From positions 3,938,741 to 4,002,740 of the forward strand of contig OZ037768.1 of the NCBI GenBank assembly GCA_964035545.1: a stretch of DNA of 64,000 nt. The letters run 5' to 3'. The DNA is from Bugula neritina (lineage: Eukaryota; Animalia; Bryozoa). Each line of letters begins with the position of its first letter. Positions within the stretch are counted from its first letter, which is position 1. The notes under the pieces are model-generated. The model worked only from the letters and a program-made list of their open reading frames with translations, was not told where the DNA came from and did no database searches. The translations under genes and the position numbers were made by a program. Positions 12,852 to 27,692 of the stretch are shown here, one piece after another.

Positions 12852-15800
12852 TTAACTATTACTGTTTGTAGTATCGTTATTAACATTGTAACTGTTCTCT
12901 GCTGATTCAACTGATAGATTATGATGAAGTGTGATACCATTCTCCTTATGGCTACAGCGACATAGGCGGTCGAAGTGAAAGAGATGTCCACGCATCTTGT
13001 AAGAGTAAATGGAGTAGCTGATAGCTCCAATACACACAGACGCAAAAGACAAGATAACTAGTAGACCAAAGTGGCGAGGCAAGGGTAATGCTATAACTAA
13101 CACAAATTTGACCATATCTAAGATCATGTTAAGTGAGCTCTGAACCCCGTTTACAACCCCTCTCTGCTGTTGCTCCACTCTTTCTAGAAGCAACTGGCTG
13201 ATTGCCAGATCCAGTGACCAAAGCCCTGAAACAGAAAAGGATTGTTGTAAGAAAGACGACAATGAAGAACTTATTTCAGAGTGGCTACATACACTAGGCT
13301 TACAACTACATTGTACACTAGCAGCACAAAGTTACTAGTAAAGTTCTAATTAATTTTAAATCACCATATATTATTTTAAAATTTAAATGCATGATATTAT
13401 TTAAGAGGTTATATATAACACTGTAATGGTACAATTTTTTTTAACCTATTAAGTTATTAGGTATGTTAGTGTAATATGATGCCAATTTAAAAAATGCATT
13501 TGTTCAACTTGGTAAAATAAAACTAGAAAAGTTGGTATAATTCTTGAAAACATTTCAAAATGATAATTATAGCTATATGGTAATATTGTTAGTTTCATCA
13601 GCACACTTTCAAACATGTCGAATATTAAATTCCTTATATCTAGTGTGCAGGTAGTATTTCTTATAGAAAACTATGGGCTCGAAGCTACTTGGATGCACCT
13701 AAATTTACCTGCAAGTAAAATATTCTAGTCATTATATGGGCACGCAGAAAGATCGAGCAAAGGGAATACAGAGGAAAAATAAAATTGCAACAAGCGTCAC
13801 CATGACTTGCATTTTATTAAACGCTAAAATTGTGATGGAATGATGTTCACTTCTTTTCAAGTGAACTGATTAATTTTTTAGTGATATAATTATGCGCTTA
13901 TAAACTCTGAGTGCATTTTAGGACAAAGTTCTATTTTTTTGCAGATTCATGCTGAGGGAAATTTCCAAAGCCAGCTGACAGCCGGAAAAACTTTAACAAA
14001 GCCGGATATTACCGTGATTAGACACTGCAGGCAAAATTTCAATTAAATGTCTATAATTTACTATCAAAATTGAATTGAAAGATTAATTAAAAATACAAGA
14101 ACTGAAAATAATTTCATGTAAGAAATTAGATTGAAAATTTGTATACCAAATGCAAAAATAAAGTAGTGAACTGGTTTAACTTTAGCCAACGTTTTGAATT
14201 AAAAACGAAAAGCTTTTGGAGGTTAAAACTTGCTTTGTGTATAAAAAAATACTTCCAGTGTGCAGTTATCGCAAGTTTAAGGTGTGAAATTAAACCAACA
14301 ATGGTTTGAGTAATGATAATTAGAATTTGAGCATAAAAATAATCTTTCAACTAGATAGTATGATTGTGGAAGTAAGTGCATTTTAATTTATGCTAATTAG
14401 TACTGGAGTACAATGGTGAAGGAATTAGTATGCAAGGAATATTATTATAAACCATAAAACTATGAATTGTTACACGGAACCAGAGATATGTAAAATAACA
14501 ATTCTGATATCTAGGCAACAAATTAAAGAGTTATGGACAAAGAACAGATAGTAACATGTTTTATTTACACTGAAAATTCTACTGTAAATTAGTATGTGCT
14601 GCAAAAGAAAACACTTTAATTAAAAGTTATGGAGAAAAATTACCAAATCGAGATACAATCATGCCAGCCATCAAAACAGAGAGAGAGATGAAGTTTTTCT
14701 GCTCTGATATAAAAACTGTAGGAGTAGTTTGGTTGGCAGGGAGCATAGTAGTAACATTCGTCATCTCGCTGGGTGACAGATCATCTAACATGTAAAACAT
14801 AATATCATATCTTAAAATTAAATGAATATAAAGTTATTTTGAACTAGTATTGCTGTTCTACAGCACATTATACATGTACACAGCACTATCATATTTGGAA
14901 CATGTTATAAATATATAACCTAATAAAATATAATATTCCATAATAACGAAACATATTCTATATAACAAAATATGCAATGAAGAAAACAGAAAAATTGTCC
15001 TGTTTTTGTTTATTATCAAGGTGTAAAATACAGACAGCAAATAATATTTTACTTGTAAGCTAAGATAAAGTTATTATTGTTAGATTTATGGTAAGTAGAG
15101 CGATCAATATGTTTTCACATTTTAGCAACATCAACAGCTTTATCAACCGTCAACTACATAGCAATATGCTTTCCTATGTTTAATTTACGAAACAATGGTT
15201 ACATTATACAACAACTAAGGGAGACATCATGATAGCGATGAGTAATAGGAATGCTAGCTCAGTATAATTGGTGTACGGCAGATGTACAAAATACTGTGCC
15301 AATAATTGCCAAGAAGACCTCCTTTTCAGTTATAAATTTTATTAGTGTAGGCAATACATTTACTTGCCAAGCACTGTGTAAAAGAGGACTTCCTTTTGTA
15401 TTTAAAAGTTGTCGAGGACAAGATATGCTATAGCATATGTTTTATAGTCTTCAACAGTTATTTTCTTAATAGGTAAAACATTTTTGTGCACCATAAATTT
15501 TGGTGTTGTTTACAAAATCCAAATAATAGGTTAGAAAACATAAAATATTTTGTTATGATTGTGAATTTAATCACGTCCACGAAGCTGATTGAATGCAGTG
15601 AAATCATCTGCAGGCCTTGACGCTTATTTTTCTGTTATTTTTGTTTATATGTTCATATGTTGACACTATATGTGGAAATAAAAAATTGTCTAAGCGTGAC
15701 AGCAGTAATGGTGTATAAATCACTCAAGTGTAACAGTTTTAGTGCCGAGAGCATTGTTTGATGTCAACTGTCAATCCTTTAGGTTGTTGCATCATAAAAT

Positions 15801-18800
15801 GGCACATGGAAACTCAACTCCTATATAAGATGCCAACAGAGCTTTGGCAATAAAATAAAATGTGTTAACAACACAGATATCCTGTTACCATCAGCCAAGA
15901 CCTGCTGTTGTATATTAAACCCTGAACTAGATGAGATAAATGATTGAGCTCTTACTAAATGTAGCCTGGGATTCCTGAGGATTGGTCAGATTAAAGGGGC
16001 TTCCTGGAAGCCACACAGACACTATACAGAGAGAGAGGGCACAGATCTCAGTGGTGAACCCCATGAGTCCAGTTCTTTCAATTCCTGTAGGCATAGACAT
16101 ACACTAAGTACATAATTGTGACAATACTCAACTCATTTACTACATCACATGGTTGCCAATATCAAACTACTTACATTCACTGTACGTTTCTAGCAAGTAA
16201 GAATGGTGGAAATGAGTTGATAGTTATTAGTAAAATACAATATTTCCTATTGGTGTGTGTTTCTGAAATATTTTAGGTGTGGCCACTGTTAACATGGCTA
16301 ATCTTTACCTAAACAGTTGAAGGAAGGGCTAGCGAGGTCATCCATTCATCATGATTGCACTGACAGTTTTTTCAGGTCACTTATAACTCTGACACAAATA
16401 AGACTGATTCCATTTAATCTACGTTTACCTAATTCTGGAAAGCAACTTATGCAGATAATTAGACTCGGAGAGCTTGTTTTGGGCAAATCACGGCATTGAT
16501 AGCAAAAAATATAATTATCAAAATGTAATCACTTATGCACCTATTTTTTGCTAATGGATTGATTCGTTGTATGTGGTTTTCTATCTTCAGCTTATAACTT
16601 AATGAAAGTAAGATTAACCACACCAAGCTGAAAGCACATTAACAACTATATGGAGAGTATTTTTACATTCTCTTTGCTATTTACTATAAGTAATCACATT
16701 TCCAGACATTTCAAGCTGTAGCTGAGTAAAGCTATATGCAGCACTGATCTGCTATCAACTAAATTCAACTTGAATTTTAAGATTGAGTATTTTTTCTGGA
16801 GATTACTTTTAATTAATAAGACATTATATATTATGATAGTTTGAGCAAAATTTAGATAGCTAAAATTAGATTACAACAGGTTGGCTTTTTTCTAATTGGG
16901 TCACAATTCCGTGACACAAAAATCGTATTCTTATAATTTGCTTCTCGTGCCAATATTATATTTTGGTAAGATGAGCTAAAGAGCTTTTCTACAATCTATA
17001 TCTAGTTGTTGATAACAAATTGCAAACGAATTTAGTTCCTTGAATATTGTGTCGAGTCACGATGAATAGGGATACATTCAGCAATGACCTCCAAATCAAC
17101 TTTACCTCACACCACCTCAATATTTCTGCATTTAGATCAAATTTAGTGCATAGTCCCCAGCAGATTAGCTGTACTCTCTCTCATTATCGTTAGTAAGCAA
17201 GTTTTTTTTACCAACATTCCAAAGATACAAAAATATTGCTCTGGGCATGAGAGCATTTTTAGTCGATGAATGAAGTTAAATGACAGATGGCAAATTTTGA
17301 GTAATAAATTGAAAGGCAAAATATATTAAATATTTTATAAAAATGTTTAGTAATTACCAATTCTTTTTCTGAATCTAGGATATGCAATGGTAGCTGCCAA
17401 TCCAATCAAAGCACTCACAGCTCTTAATATACCCAACACCAGCTGGCTGGCTCCCTGGCTGTAAGCATACCCTATAAAACAATATATTGTTACACTACCT
17501 GTCAGACATACGATGCAACTTTATACATATATACATATTATATATATATATATATATATATTTATTTATATATATATATATATATATTTATTTATTTATT
17601 TATATATATATATATATTTCTTTATTTATTAATTTATATATATATATATATATATATTTCTTTATTTATTAATTTATATATATATATATATGTATATATG
17701 CAAAGTGTAGAGACATGCAAACATTTCAAACCCTACTTTAAATGTCTATATTATATTTTCTTATAAAATATAAATGATAAAACCATTCAATAACCTTTTC
17801 ATCGCTAAGATTCTGAACACTGAAAAGTATAGCATATGTATGTCTACATGCAGAGTACAGAGTTACTAAGCTATTAGAGACTTCCAACATATAAATAATT
17901 ATGCATTTTATCAGGTCAGCTGATAACCACTTGGCAATCTAACTCTGAAGTAGCAGATAAATTATCATTCATATGCACATTATATTGCAGACTGTATTCA
18001 GTTATATGAAATAACGTCAGCCGCATATTTATACCACTTCAATCAAAGAGGGCACTTATTTATCTCAGTCCAGACAGGCATTAAATTAAAGAGCTCAACA
18101 AAGGCAACATTTGCATTTTGCTGTGTCATGTAGAAGCTATTTTGATTCCCCATTCACCTGTACCTGCCATTTTTTGTTCCCACCCAAACATTTAGAGCAG
18201 GGTAATCATGCGTTCATGTAAATTTGTATCTCATGTCTATACTCTGTACTCCATAGTCTGTAGCAATTAGAGTTCCAGATATTATATTATACTTCATACA
18301 ATTATGATAACTTATAAATTCAAAATCTTGAACTTGGTGGAATCTACCAAAAACTTGACTTTGCAGCATTTAAATTATTTCTGAAAGCTAAATTTTTTCA
18401 TTTACATTATAATAATATTTAATATTATATAATATTATATAATATAATACAATACATTATATTTTAATATAATTATATAGCATAATATGGTATACTACTA
18501 CATTTTAAGCTTCTAAAAAAACTCAATAATTTTATAGCACTATAATTATTACGTTTTGTTATATTATCTTACAATATATTATGACACAGTGTAAAATAGT
18601 ACCTATAATATTTGTTAAATAAGTCATAAAGACTTTTTAGCAACTTAGAATGGATATTTATTGGTCAAAAAGACCAAGGCTTATAGCAGAAGAAATTTGT
18701 GTTATTTTTCTTCATTTGTGAAAATTATTGTCTATAATGTAAATTGTGGTCGTATAATGTAGTGGGTAATTTCACTACTTGTTCTTAAATCCTATTCCAA

Positions 18801-21800
18801 TTCAGCAAAACAAACAATTTCCATACTATAAGTTTTAAAATAGATTGAAACTAAAATAAAGATGGTATAATAGCTGATGCAAAATTCAAGCTCCTAAATA
18901 TTAGCTAAAATTACATTTGGGTGAACTAAATTACGAACAAGGTGAATTATTTGAAACAAAATGATTTCTACTTGTGAAACTAAACATAAATATGAATAGT
19001 TAGAATTACCATTAGTGATATTGTCAAAGCCTAGCACAGTCATGTAGCACAGAGCCAGGCCCAGTCCTGCAAACTTTACTTCATAACTAAAATATATTCT
19101 CCATCCATTCTTGATAATGATGAAAGCGGAGAACATCTTCTTGCATGTTGTTGAACCTGTTTACAAGTAAAAACTACACTTAACATTCAGCAACATTTAA
19201 TAACTTTTCATAGTTCACATGCAAAACTAACACTTATCAATTTTTCTCAAATATAATTAATATCATAATAAAATTACTCACGGTATATAATGGAGTAAAG
19301 CAAATTGTACTTAAACCATCATCTCCCTTTTAAACATAGGTTGATGAATCTCACTTACACGTCTGTGACTTTGTATGAGCAGAAATGGCTGATTTTGGCT
19401 GATCATCATCCTCAGTATCTTCATGGAATTTTACATCCTGACTTTGGTCGTCTACCGCCACTGAGGTTTCAGCTTTTGGTGATACTCTGACTTCCACGTC
19501 ACTATTTTTGAGACCATCTGAGTTGAGATCTTCATTCAACTTGCTCTCATCTGCATCTAAAACAAAACACAATAAAGGAGTAGAAGTTTTATTCTAATCT
19601 GATAACCTGAATCTCTAAGTGGAAGTTCTGATTTATTTGTGAAGTATCTGTATCTGCTATTATTTTTTTCCACAAAATTACAAATTATGCAAAAAATGTT
19701 TAAAGTTTAATTCTTGTATAATGTACCACACATAGACATGAAAGTGCAAAGGGTTTAAAGCTGGCGTGAAACAACTATTGTATCAGCCTGATTTACTTAA
19801 AGATCAGCTGAGAATGTAAAAGAAAACCTCAACAAATGATAAATAAAAATATTATATGCAATATGCACTTACTCCTGTTCATAGAAGTATAATAAGCACC
19901 AATGTAATAGACTACTTGGCCATAAATTCATATAAAAAACATTGGCAATTCACTGATTTCATAAAAAAGCGCTTGCAAGAAGTGTAGATTAGCAGTGAAA
20001 CTCACACAACCCAGGCTATAAAACTTTAGGTTGTAAAATCTGTGGTGACTATTTGTGGTTTAGCTACCAAATTTCTTATTAATGTAATAATTAGTTATCT
20101 ACTTGCACAAGCATGTACATTAGGAAGTGTTCAAGGAAGCAAGCATTGACTAATCAATATCTCAATGAGATATGATAGAAATCTTAGCAACACTCTGAGA
20201 ATTAATCACAGGAGAGGTACAACCACTACCTCAAATTCTCCCATCAGCGTTGGGACAGAATGACTTGCAAGTTTTTAAGCCAAAATATATTGGCAGATTG
20301 ATGAACATTCGGATGTCAACTAGACAATGGTGATTTCAGGATACAGCTGGTTTGTGATAGTAGTATGAGTAAACTTAGCTTCCCTGACACCTTATCTATA
20401 GGCAATCACGTACAAAACCGCGGGTCATGTGATCAAAACATATAGCTCCATGATGCATTTTAAATAAGACCATTTTTCTTGTGGACCCATTAAATTATTT
20501 CTAATTATGTCTTTATACACTTTATTGCAATTAACAAAACGATTAAAAATCATTCAAAACAGCAGCAAATGAACTTTATACTAAATTTAGTAGCGTTGAA
20601 ATACTCTATAGCTTGTATCTTCACAAAGAGAACTAAAATCAATTTTTCTGCTGGCATAAATGTGAAAAGCTCAAACTCAGATTTCATAACTAAACTCGCA
20701 CCACAGAAATTTACCAAGTTACTTTCTTACCATTGAGATTTTCTGCAGATTGATGCTGTGTTGGTTCTACTGTTGATTCTCCATCTAGAAAAAATATATA
20801 CACATTAAATTAGTAGCTGCCGCAAAAAAAAACATAATATTTACAAATAGTTTGCTAAACTTACAAATCGCGGAAGAATTGTCAAATAGAATTTCATGAA
20901 ATATTTTTATGCAATTCCATTTCAATTGTTTTATGTAAAACATTAAAGGCGTATAAAAAGCGACTGGTTGAATAATTAAGAGTTGTATTCTTTAGGCTTG
21001 AAAATAAGAAGTGCAGACAACTTCCATGAACAACTCAAGCTTATAAAATCGAGTGAGTTGAGTTGTATTACTCCATACATACCCTGTTTGACGTGCTTGA
21101 CTGCAAGTTGTGGAACTTTGTTATATATTCGAATGAGTAGCCTGTACTCTATAATCACACTGACAATGTTCCACACCGCCACAAATATGGCGCTCATCAT
21201 ATTTGTCCCGACACTCATGATGAACCCCGTGAGGATGGGTGCCGTGACGTTAGTGAACTGGTCTATGGCTCTCATAGTCGAACTTAGTTCTGTGAAAGAA
21301 ATTTTGAATTCTTTCATCATGTGAATAGTGGACTAAATTTTAAAAATTAAAATCAATACTATCATAAAAAAAATAGAAATTTAATAATATAGTAATTGCA
21401 GTAAGAAACTAGCGCCCTTTAAAAATTTCTCGTTACATTTGTGCATTATTAAAATATCCATATATATCCTTACTGTCACCTACAGGCTGCTTCAGCGTTG
21501 TATGTCCAAACAATTTTGTTCTATATTAAAATTTTGTGCACACATGTCTAGGATTTATTCTGAGTTTTGTGGTAAAACTAATACTAAATGTTGCTAACTT
21601 TCATAGCATGCTAGTCTCAGCTGCTGCAACACACAGCTCAATCGTTAAGCTGGCCCAAGAGTTTCAAGTCTGTAGATGATAGCTAATATATAAATGAATA
21701 TTTTAATACAACATAAATGTAACATGTGGGGGGGGGTGCTAATAACCAAAAATTATAATTGAGACTTATATAACACTTATTCTAAATAATATAAGTAGTT

Positions 21801-23760
21801 TTCAATAAAATAGGCAATAGTGTTATGTAAAAGCTGACTGGCTAACTTGGCACTGTTCCCTTCACATATAACAGATGTCCAATCTTTCTCGACGGAGATT
21901 TTTAGTGCGGTACTAAACAACGAGGCTAGAATAGAGATCAAAATGACGCCAGTTTCACAAAGGGTGGATGTCCAAGCAGCGCTGTAACAAAAAAGACGCG
22001 CAACAGCATTATGCCCAGTGCACATAAACAAGTAATACTGAACTCAACTCCACTATGTAACTGCTGTAAATATTTAGAAGAATTTATGACCTTAAAATAA
22101 ATTGTTAGTGTTAGCCTGTTGAAAACTGACAATGAGTTCGTCAACTATGAATTGAAACCATGAAATATAACATTTCTTGACAAGCTGAAGACATCATTGC
22201 TGTGATTACCTGAAAAAATGTTAAATTTTTATATTCTATTCTCATATTTCAGCCTGAAATATTCGAAACATAAAACAACATTTCAACTCCACTACATCAT
22301 CAATGGCTATTTATACACACCATAGTTTCAAAATAAAATCCTCAAGAAATGCATATACAATTAATCGTTGTGTTTTGTTAAATATGGGGCCAAATAATGT
22401 AAATATCTTTTTGCAACTAATAAAAGACTAATTTGCTTTAGTGGCTAATTAATTTGAATAGACTATGATCTTATACTGTAGATCTCGTTTACTGTTTGGA
22501 CTCTTGAACCTCTCCTTAAAAGAAGATAAACCCTACTGTAGGACACACATTCATAATGTTAGTACTAACTCATAAACTTCTGAATGCCAACTCACCTGTA
22601 TATAACTGCTTTATAATAGTATATCAGACACACTAGAGCTGCACACAAAGCAACTAGAAGATTCTGGAAGGCCAGGACTGTCCGTGCAACTACAACAATC
22701 CAAATTCTCTGTGTAAGCCTGCATAGCATGTTATAAGTCATAGAAACTATACAAGTATGGGAATGTATTAGAATTTAGATCGTCACAATAATCTAAATAG
22801 TTTTAGAATGGCATATGTTAGAAAATGCACTCATTTATAAAATGGAAACATGAAGCATATATAAGCAAACTAAATATAGTAGTAATCCAACATTATTAAA
22901 TAGCACTCTATAAAACTAACAAACTACCAGCATCAATCTAATGGCCGGAAGCCTGAATTGTTTCACGAGTAAGCTGATAAAATGCTAGCAAAATTGAAAA
23001 TCCAGATGCTGATAAAAATATTGAAAAACTTCGGTGTTAGAGGACACTTGTTACCAGTCAGTCTAGGGTACTTGTCAACCATGTCGCCAATGAGCGCGCC
23101 CAGTAAAACAGCGGCTATCCCACGAGAAAATCCGAAACCTGCCACCAATCTAAAACTTCCGGGGGAAAGGTCTACTAGGTAGAGACCAACTGCAAACTGC
23201 CACATACGATCTCCCCACGAGGACAGAAAGTGACTGACGTACAGTGATGCCGCAACGCTTTGTGTAAAAGAAGATATTCGGTTGCATAGTGGTTGCTTGC
23301 GTGCTACAACACATAGTAAAATAATTATGGTTTTCATTAGTATTTACAACTGCTAAAACATTTGAATACTAGTTGAGTACACTAGCAGATTTTTTCAAAT
23401 TAATAAATGATGCTATGCCATGTAAATATTTAAACAATACAGTACAATATTTAACTATGATATCCTATTATTTTAAAGATTTAAAAGAAAGTCAACACTA
23501 AAGATGTACTGCAATTATATTAGCTCCCAAACTTAGGGGGGGGGGTCACAATTTAATAAAATATGAAAGACATGTGTTAACAAAACATATTAATGTATTA
23601 GGCTATAAGCATATATAAGTTTATTTTAGATAGGCTTTGAAAGAGCAACAACTTAATATTTACCATCAGAATTATCATGAGGAGGCGTGTCTAGTCCCTT
23701 TGAGGTCTCGCCATTTTCCATTGCCATTGTGCCCCTTATTTGGGCCTCATCTTCAGCCAT
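12852..23760 (-). CDS. SLC40A1: Ferroportin (iron exporter, SLC40A1), 12 coding exons
   Basis: Exons approx. 23664-23760, 23055-23303, 22596-22689, 21840-21983, 21083-21290, 20731-20784, 19358-19556, 19010-19156, 17358-17472, 15956-16085, 14644-14784 and 12852-13226, with consistent phases. Signature motifs: LYVSHFLSSWGDRMWQF, VEKDW, MRAIDQFTN, YMTVLGFD, GYAYSQG, RFGLWSLDL, RGVVNGVQSSLN. Confidence 0.95.
17520..17700. repeat. (TA)n / TTTA compound microsatellite in a ferroportin intron
   Basis: Directly visible. Confidence 0.9.
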
Positions 23761-26700
23761 AAGCAATCTTTGAGAAAAAAAGCAGATATTCCAGTATGGG
23801 AAAATAGAATTCTATCAAGTTGCACTTCAAAACCAATTGATATTACACAAAGCCCAAAAACCTTTCAATATAATATAGCCATATTGTACATTAAGAACTA
23901 TTTCAAAAAAAATCTGGTTATGGTTCCAAAAAATGTGAAGCTGGCAGCTGGCCAGCAAGCAGAGTGCAGTACTGTGTATTATAGGTGCTGTTCTCTGGAC
24001 TATTTCCCAATAAACTACAGAAATGAAAATACCAATACAAGCTTAAAGTTGTGCATTTATTTTTTTCTGGAAATCTCTTATTAAGAAATTAAAAGTAAAA
24101 CTAGACACTGTTTTTCACTCTGATGGAATCAGAAAGAGTATTGATAGATTTAATGCACCACTTAGTAACTAGTAACTAAATAACTTGGTGACTTAACAAC
24201 TTACCAAATTAAAGTACATTTAAAAACCTGAGCTAAAAAGTTGTGCGGAATGCAAAACTGAGAAAAACAAATCTGGAACAAGTATGAGTCAACTAATCTC
24301 CCAGTTTAAACATTAAGACTACATTTCAGAGTAAATTGCTTGTACGTGAGACATCCCTGTAAGCTGTATTTCTAGACACAATAAACTATTAACAGAACCA
24401 CTAAAATATCACTTATTTTGGTGACTCCAACTATTGTTTATTGCTTGAAAGGAAACGGTTACACATGTGCATTGTCTTCTAAGCTTATTGTTGAACAGCA
24501 GGTCAATACCAGTGTATCACAATTATTTATAATTTCAATGTTAAACAACTTATTGAATGACACGCATTAGAAATCCTAATACTAAACCATTCAATTTCAA
24601 TTCAACTTAACACATTCCTTATAAAATGTGGTTAATTTAACTGGTATAGTGACCAAACTACAAGATTTTTCTTTAGATATTTGAGAACAGTTGCAATTGT
24701 TCCCAAACATCTAATGCAAAATCCATTCGAAGTAATGGAAATGTAGTTATAGCAAACTGCAACCACAGATTCATTCACATGGATCCATTCCACGTTATGT
24801 GAACGCAGTGAGGGTTGCATATTATAGACTGGTGTAATTGAAAGCTGCTGGAATATGCCAATTACCAGTAGAGATGCAGGCTGAACCAAGTTTTAAATAC
24901 AAATGTTGACAAACTTATGAATCTTTCTAGAATATGGCTAAATGTCTAAAATGTCTAAATGTATAATGAATAATTATAATGCATGCTGATACAGTTTGAT
25001 ATAATATATTAACAAATGTCATTAAATCTCAATTCTTTTTAACTAACCTTTTTTTCTATAAATAACTAATAAGCCTTTTCATTGACGTTGTGAACTAAGT
25101 CAAATTAAATGGGCTGACCTGTAACTTTCTGTACCTTTTCTCTTTACATGTGAGTTTGCAATATGATTACTCCACTAACATGATGAGTTTTGTTACCTTT
25201 CAGTGACTGCAGGAGCACCTGATTGGTGTTCAGCCATTTCGCCTTTCAGCCTATCACTGTTGAGTAATTCCTTATCAGCTGCAGCCATATGGAGTTACTG
25301 GCCCTGTTTTCTGTATATCACTATCAGCACAGCTTCCCAAGTGCATGACCCCTTCATAAACTATGCAGGCTCTACGTGCTCGTTTCATTAACTGAAATGC
25401 AACACCGGAAATAACTTCTCCAGGCCTGCATTAAGATACACCTATGCTGAGTATTTGGAACTAGTACAGAACACTGCATTATAAATAATCATAATGTGAA
25501 TATGAATATTCACCTCCAGTTGCACTTTCTCAAGTCTAAATATTACATTCTGTAGCTAAGTTTTTAGAAATCAATACAGCTGCTATTTGAATGGGTAACG
25601 CCTTGCCTCAATCATGTCAAACAACAAAGCTGCTGGAATCACTATTTGTACTTACTTGTTAGCATCAACAATGTCCGTTAGCTAGTAGTATTCACATTGA
25701 ACAGCTGACTGGACGCATGTCGCAACACGGCACGCTCGCTAGTACAGTGTGCAGCTATGTTCACGCAACTACACACAAAAGGTTAAAAGCTGCTGCATGC
25801 AAGCCAATCAATTGGTTATATATATGCAGGTCAATCATTGGATTACAATTGACTGCTTTGTATTGCGTAGGTGCTGGATAATTGTAGATGTAAGAATCTG
25901 TGAATGCTGCTTCACTTCTTATAATGCTTTGTAAAAACTTAGTGCATAAGTTCCAGAACAACAGAGGCTGCCTTCAAAGGCCTATAAACTCCTGAGATCT
26001 CACATATTATATCTTATTTGAAGCTTTCATAGAAACACAATTTTTTCTTCAAGTAACTCTATAGCATTTGAAAGGTCTAGCAATGGTAAGTTTATTGCCT
26101 GTAATAGCGTGATAGAACCCAGCTATGTGCAGTTGTCAAGGGTAACAATTTAAAAAATATTTTACACTACAATACAAAAGCACCGATTTTTTATAGCATT
26201 AGTAATTCCAAGATAAATATAGATCACTATTACTTATAATTGCATGTTCAATGATCGCAGTATCCAAGTCAACAACTTTAGATCTAACAAAATTCTTTAA
26301 TTATCAAAATCTTCGGCTGAGTTTGCATAATATAACTATTTATTGGTTATGGTTTTAATGAGATTATACTATACTCACTTGTAAATTATAACAAAGGCGC
26401 CAATGTGACTGCAAAGTGTAAACTATATTACGCTATCTAATATGGGCTACTGGTAATGGCTCATGCTGGTTCGTAGCTATAAGAATTGTGAAAACTTTAA
26501 TGGTTTTTAATAGGGCTGAACTGGCATTGGGAATACTGAAATTATGCAACTGTTAAACTGTATTTTAGCATAAATTTTGACTTCATTGAATATTTTCAGT
26601 TAGTATCAAATTTTGTGTGCTTAGATGGTCCAGTGTGGTACGAAAGGTATAAATGATTTGAATAAAGGTACATGGAAGCTTGTTCTAACAGCAGCTGAGT

Positions 26701-27692
26701 CACCAACGAAATATTCTAGTACAGCACTAGTCTAGTTGCGAGTTTAATCACACAGTGGGAGCCGTCCACTGCATTTTATCTGGAAGCCCCCCCCCCCAAC
26801 ATATTATTCAAAGATGTCAGCAAAATTTGACCATGTGAATTTCGATTGCAACACAAGACGTTTGAGGAAAGGTTAATGCAAAACGTTTAACTTGAAGGGC
26901 TTTTTAGAGTAAATAGAATTATTTCGAATAAATGTAATGCCTATTGAAACTGAACATCATAGCTCTTGTTCCATATCTAATCTTGGTGAGTAATTAAATG
27001 TTGTTTTCCTTGTAATTTAGAATTCGGTTAATATAGTGATGCGGTAGAGTATGTTTATGGCAACAGTCTACTTCACTTATTATATGGCAGAATGAGATGA
27101 GAAATGTGATGAAGCTTTTAGGTAAACTGGAAGAGAAAATATTTTCACACAATCTCTACCTGAGAAGAGAAAAAGGCCAAGTAAGTAAACAGTTAAAGGT
27201 AGAGTTGGCCAAATCATGTCAAGAGGAGCTCCAGAAAATTTTTATACAAACACAGAAGACAAATGACTGACATGAAAAATATTTATTACATTTACTATAT
27301 ATAACATATCATTATACTGATATTGAATATTTGGCAAAAGACAAAAAAAGTTATTTTCAGATAAATATCCTAAAAGCAGACAAATTGTAATTTTACTTAA
27401 TATGCAATTACAGATTAACTATTCATTAAAACTTTATTGGAAATAATTGACTTTAAAATATTTGTCTGCTGCATCAACACAAATATAGAATGCCATATTG
27501 CATAACATATTTTCATGTTTAGACTTGGTCACATGCCAAATCCATGTTCTTATCACATTCATCCATGAGTGTGTATAGATAAACATATCTAACTAGTGCT
27601 CAGCTACAGCTCAAACCTGGCAACCAAACCTTTATAACATTTGCTATCAGTGACACTACAGAACATGTACTTGTTGCGCATAAGTATTTATA

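Noticed and set aside
21938-22144. Overlapping ORFs suggesting a frameshift in ferroportin
   Set aside because: Resolved by an extra exon at 22596-22689 and an acceptor at ~21984; the gene is intact.
23761-25900. Iron-responsive element in the ferroportin 5' region
   Set aside because: The CAGTGN hexamers on the sense strand (~24105, ~25255, ~25472) lack the 5-bp upper stem and bulged C. The TAGCTAAGTT match to the human IRE at ~25553 is on the wrong strand.
26083-27180. Possible + strand gene (ATG|GTAAGT at 26083, acceptors at 26624 and 27020, donor at 27180)
   Set aside because: All frame combinations tried hit early stops and no recognisable protein emerged; at most a non-coding transcript.
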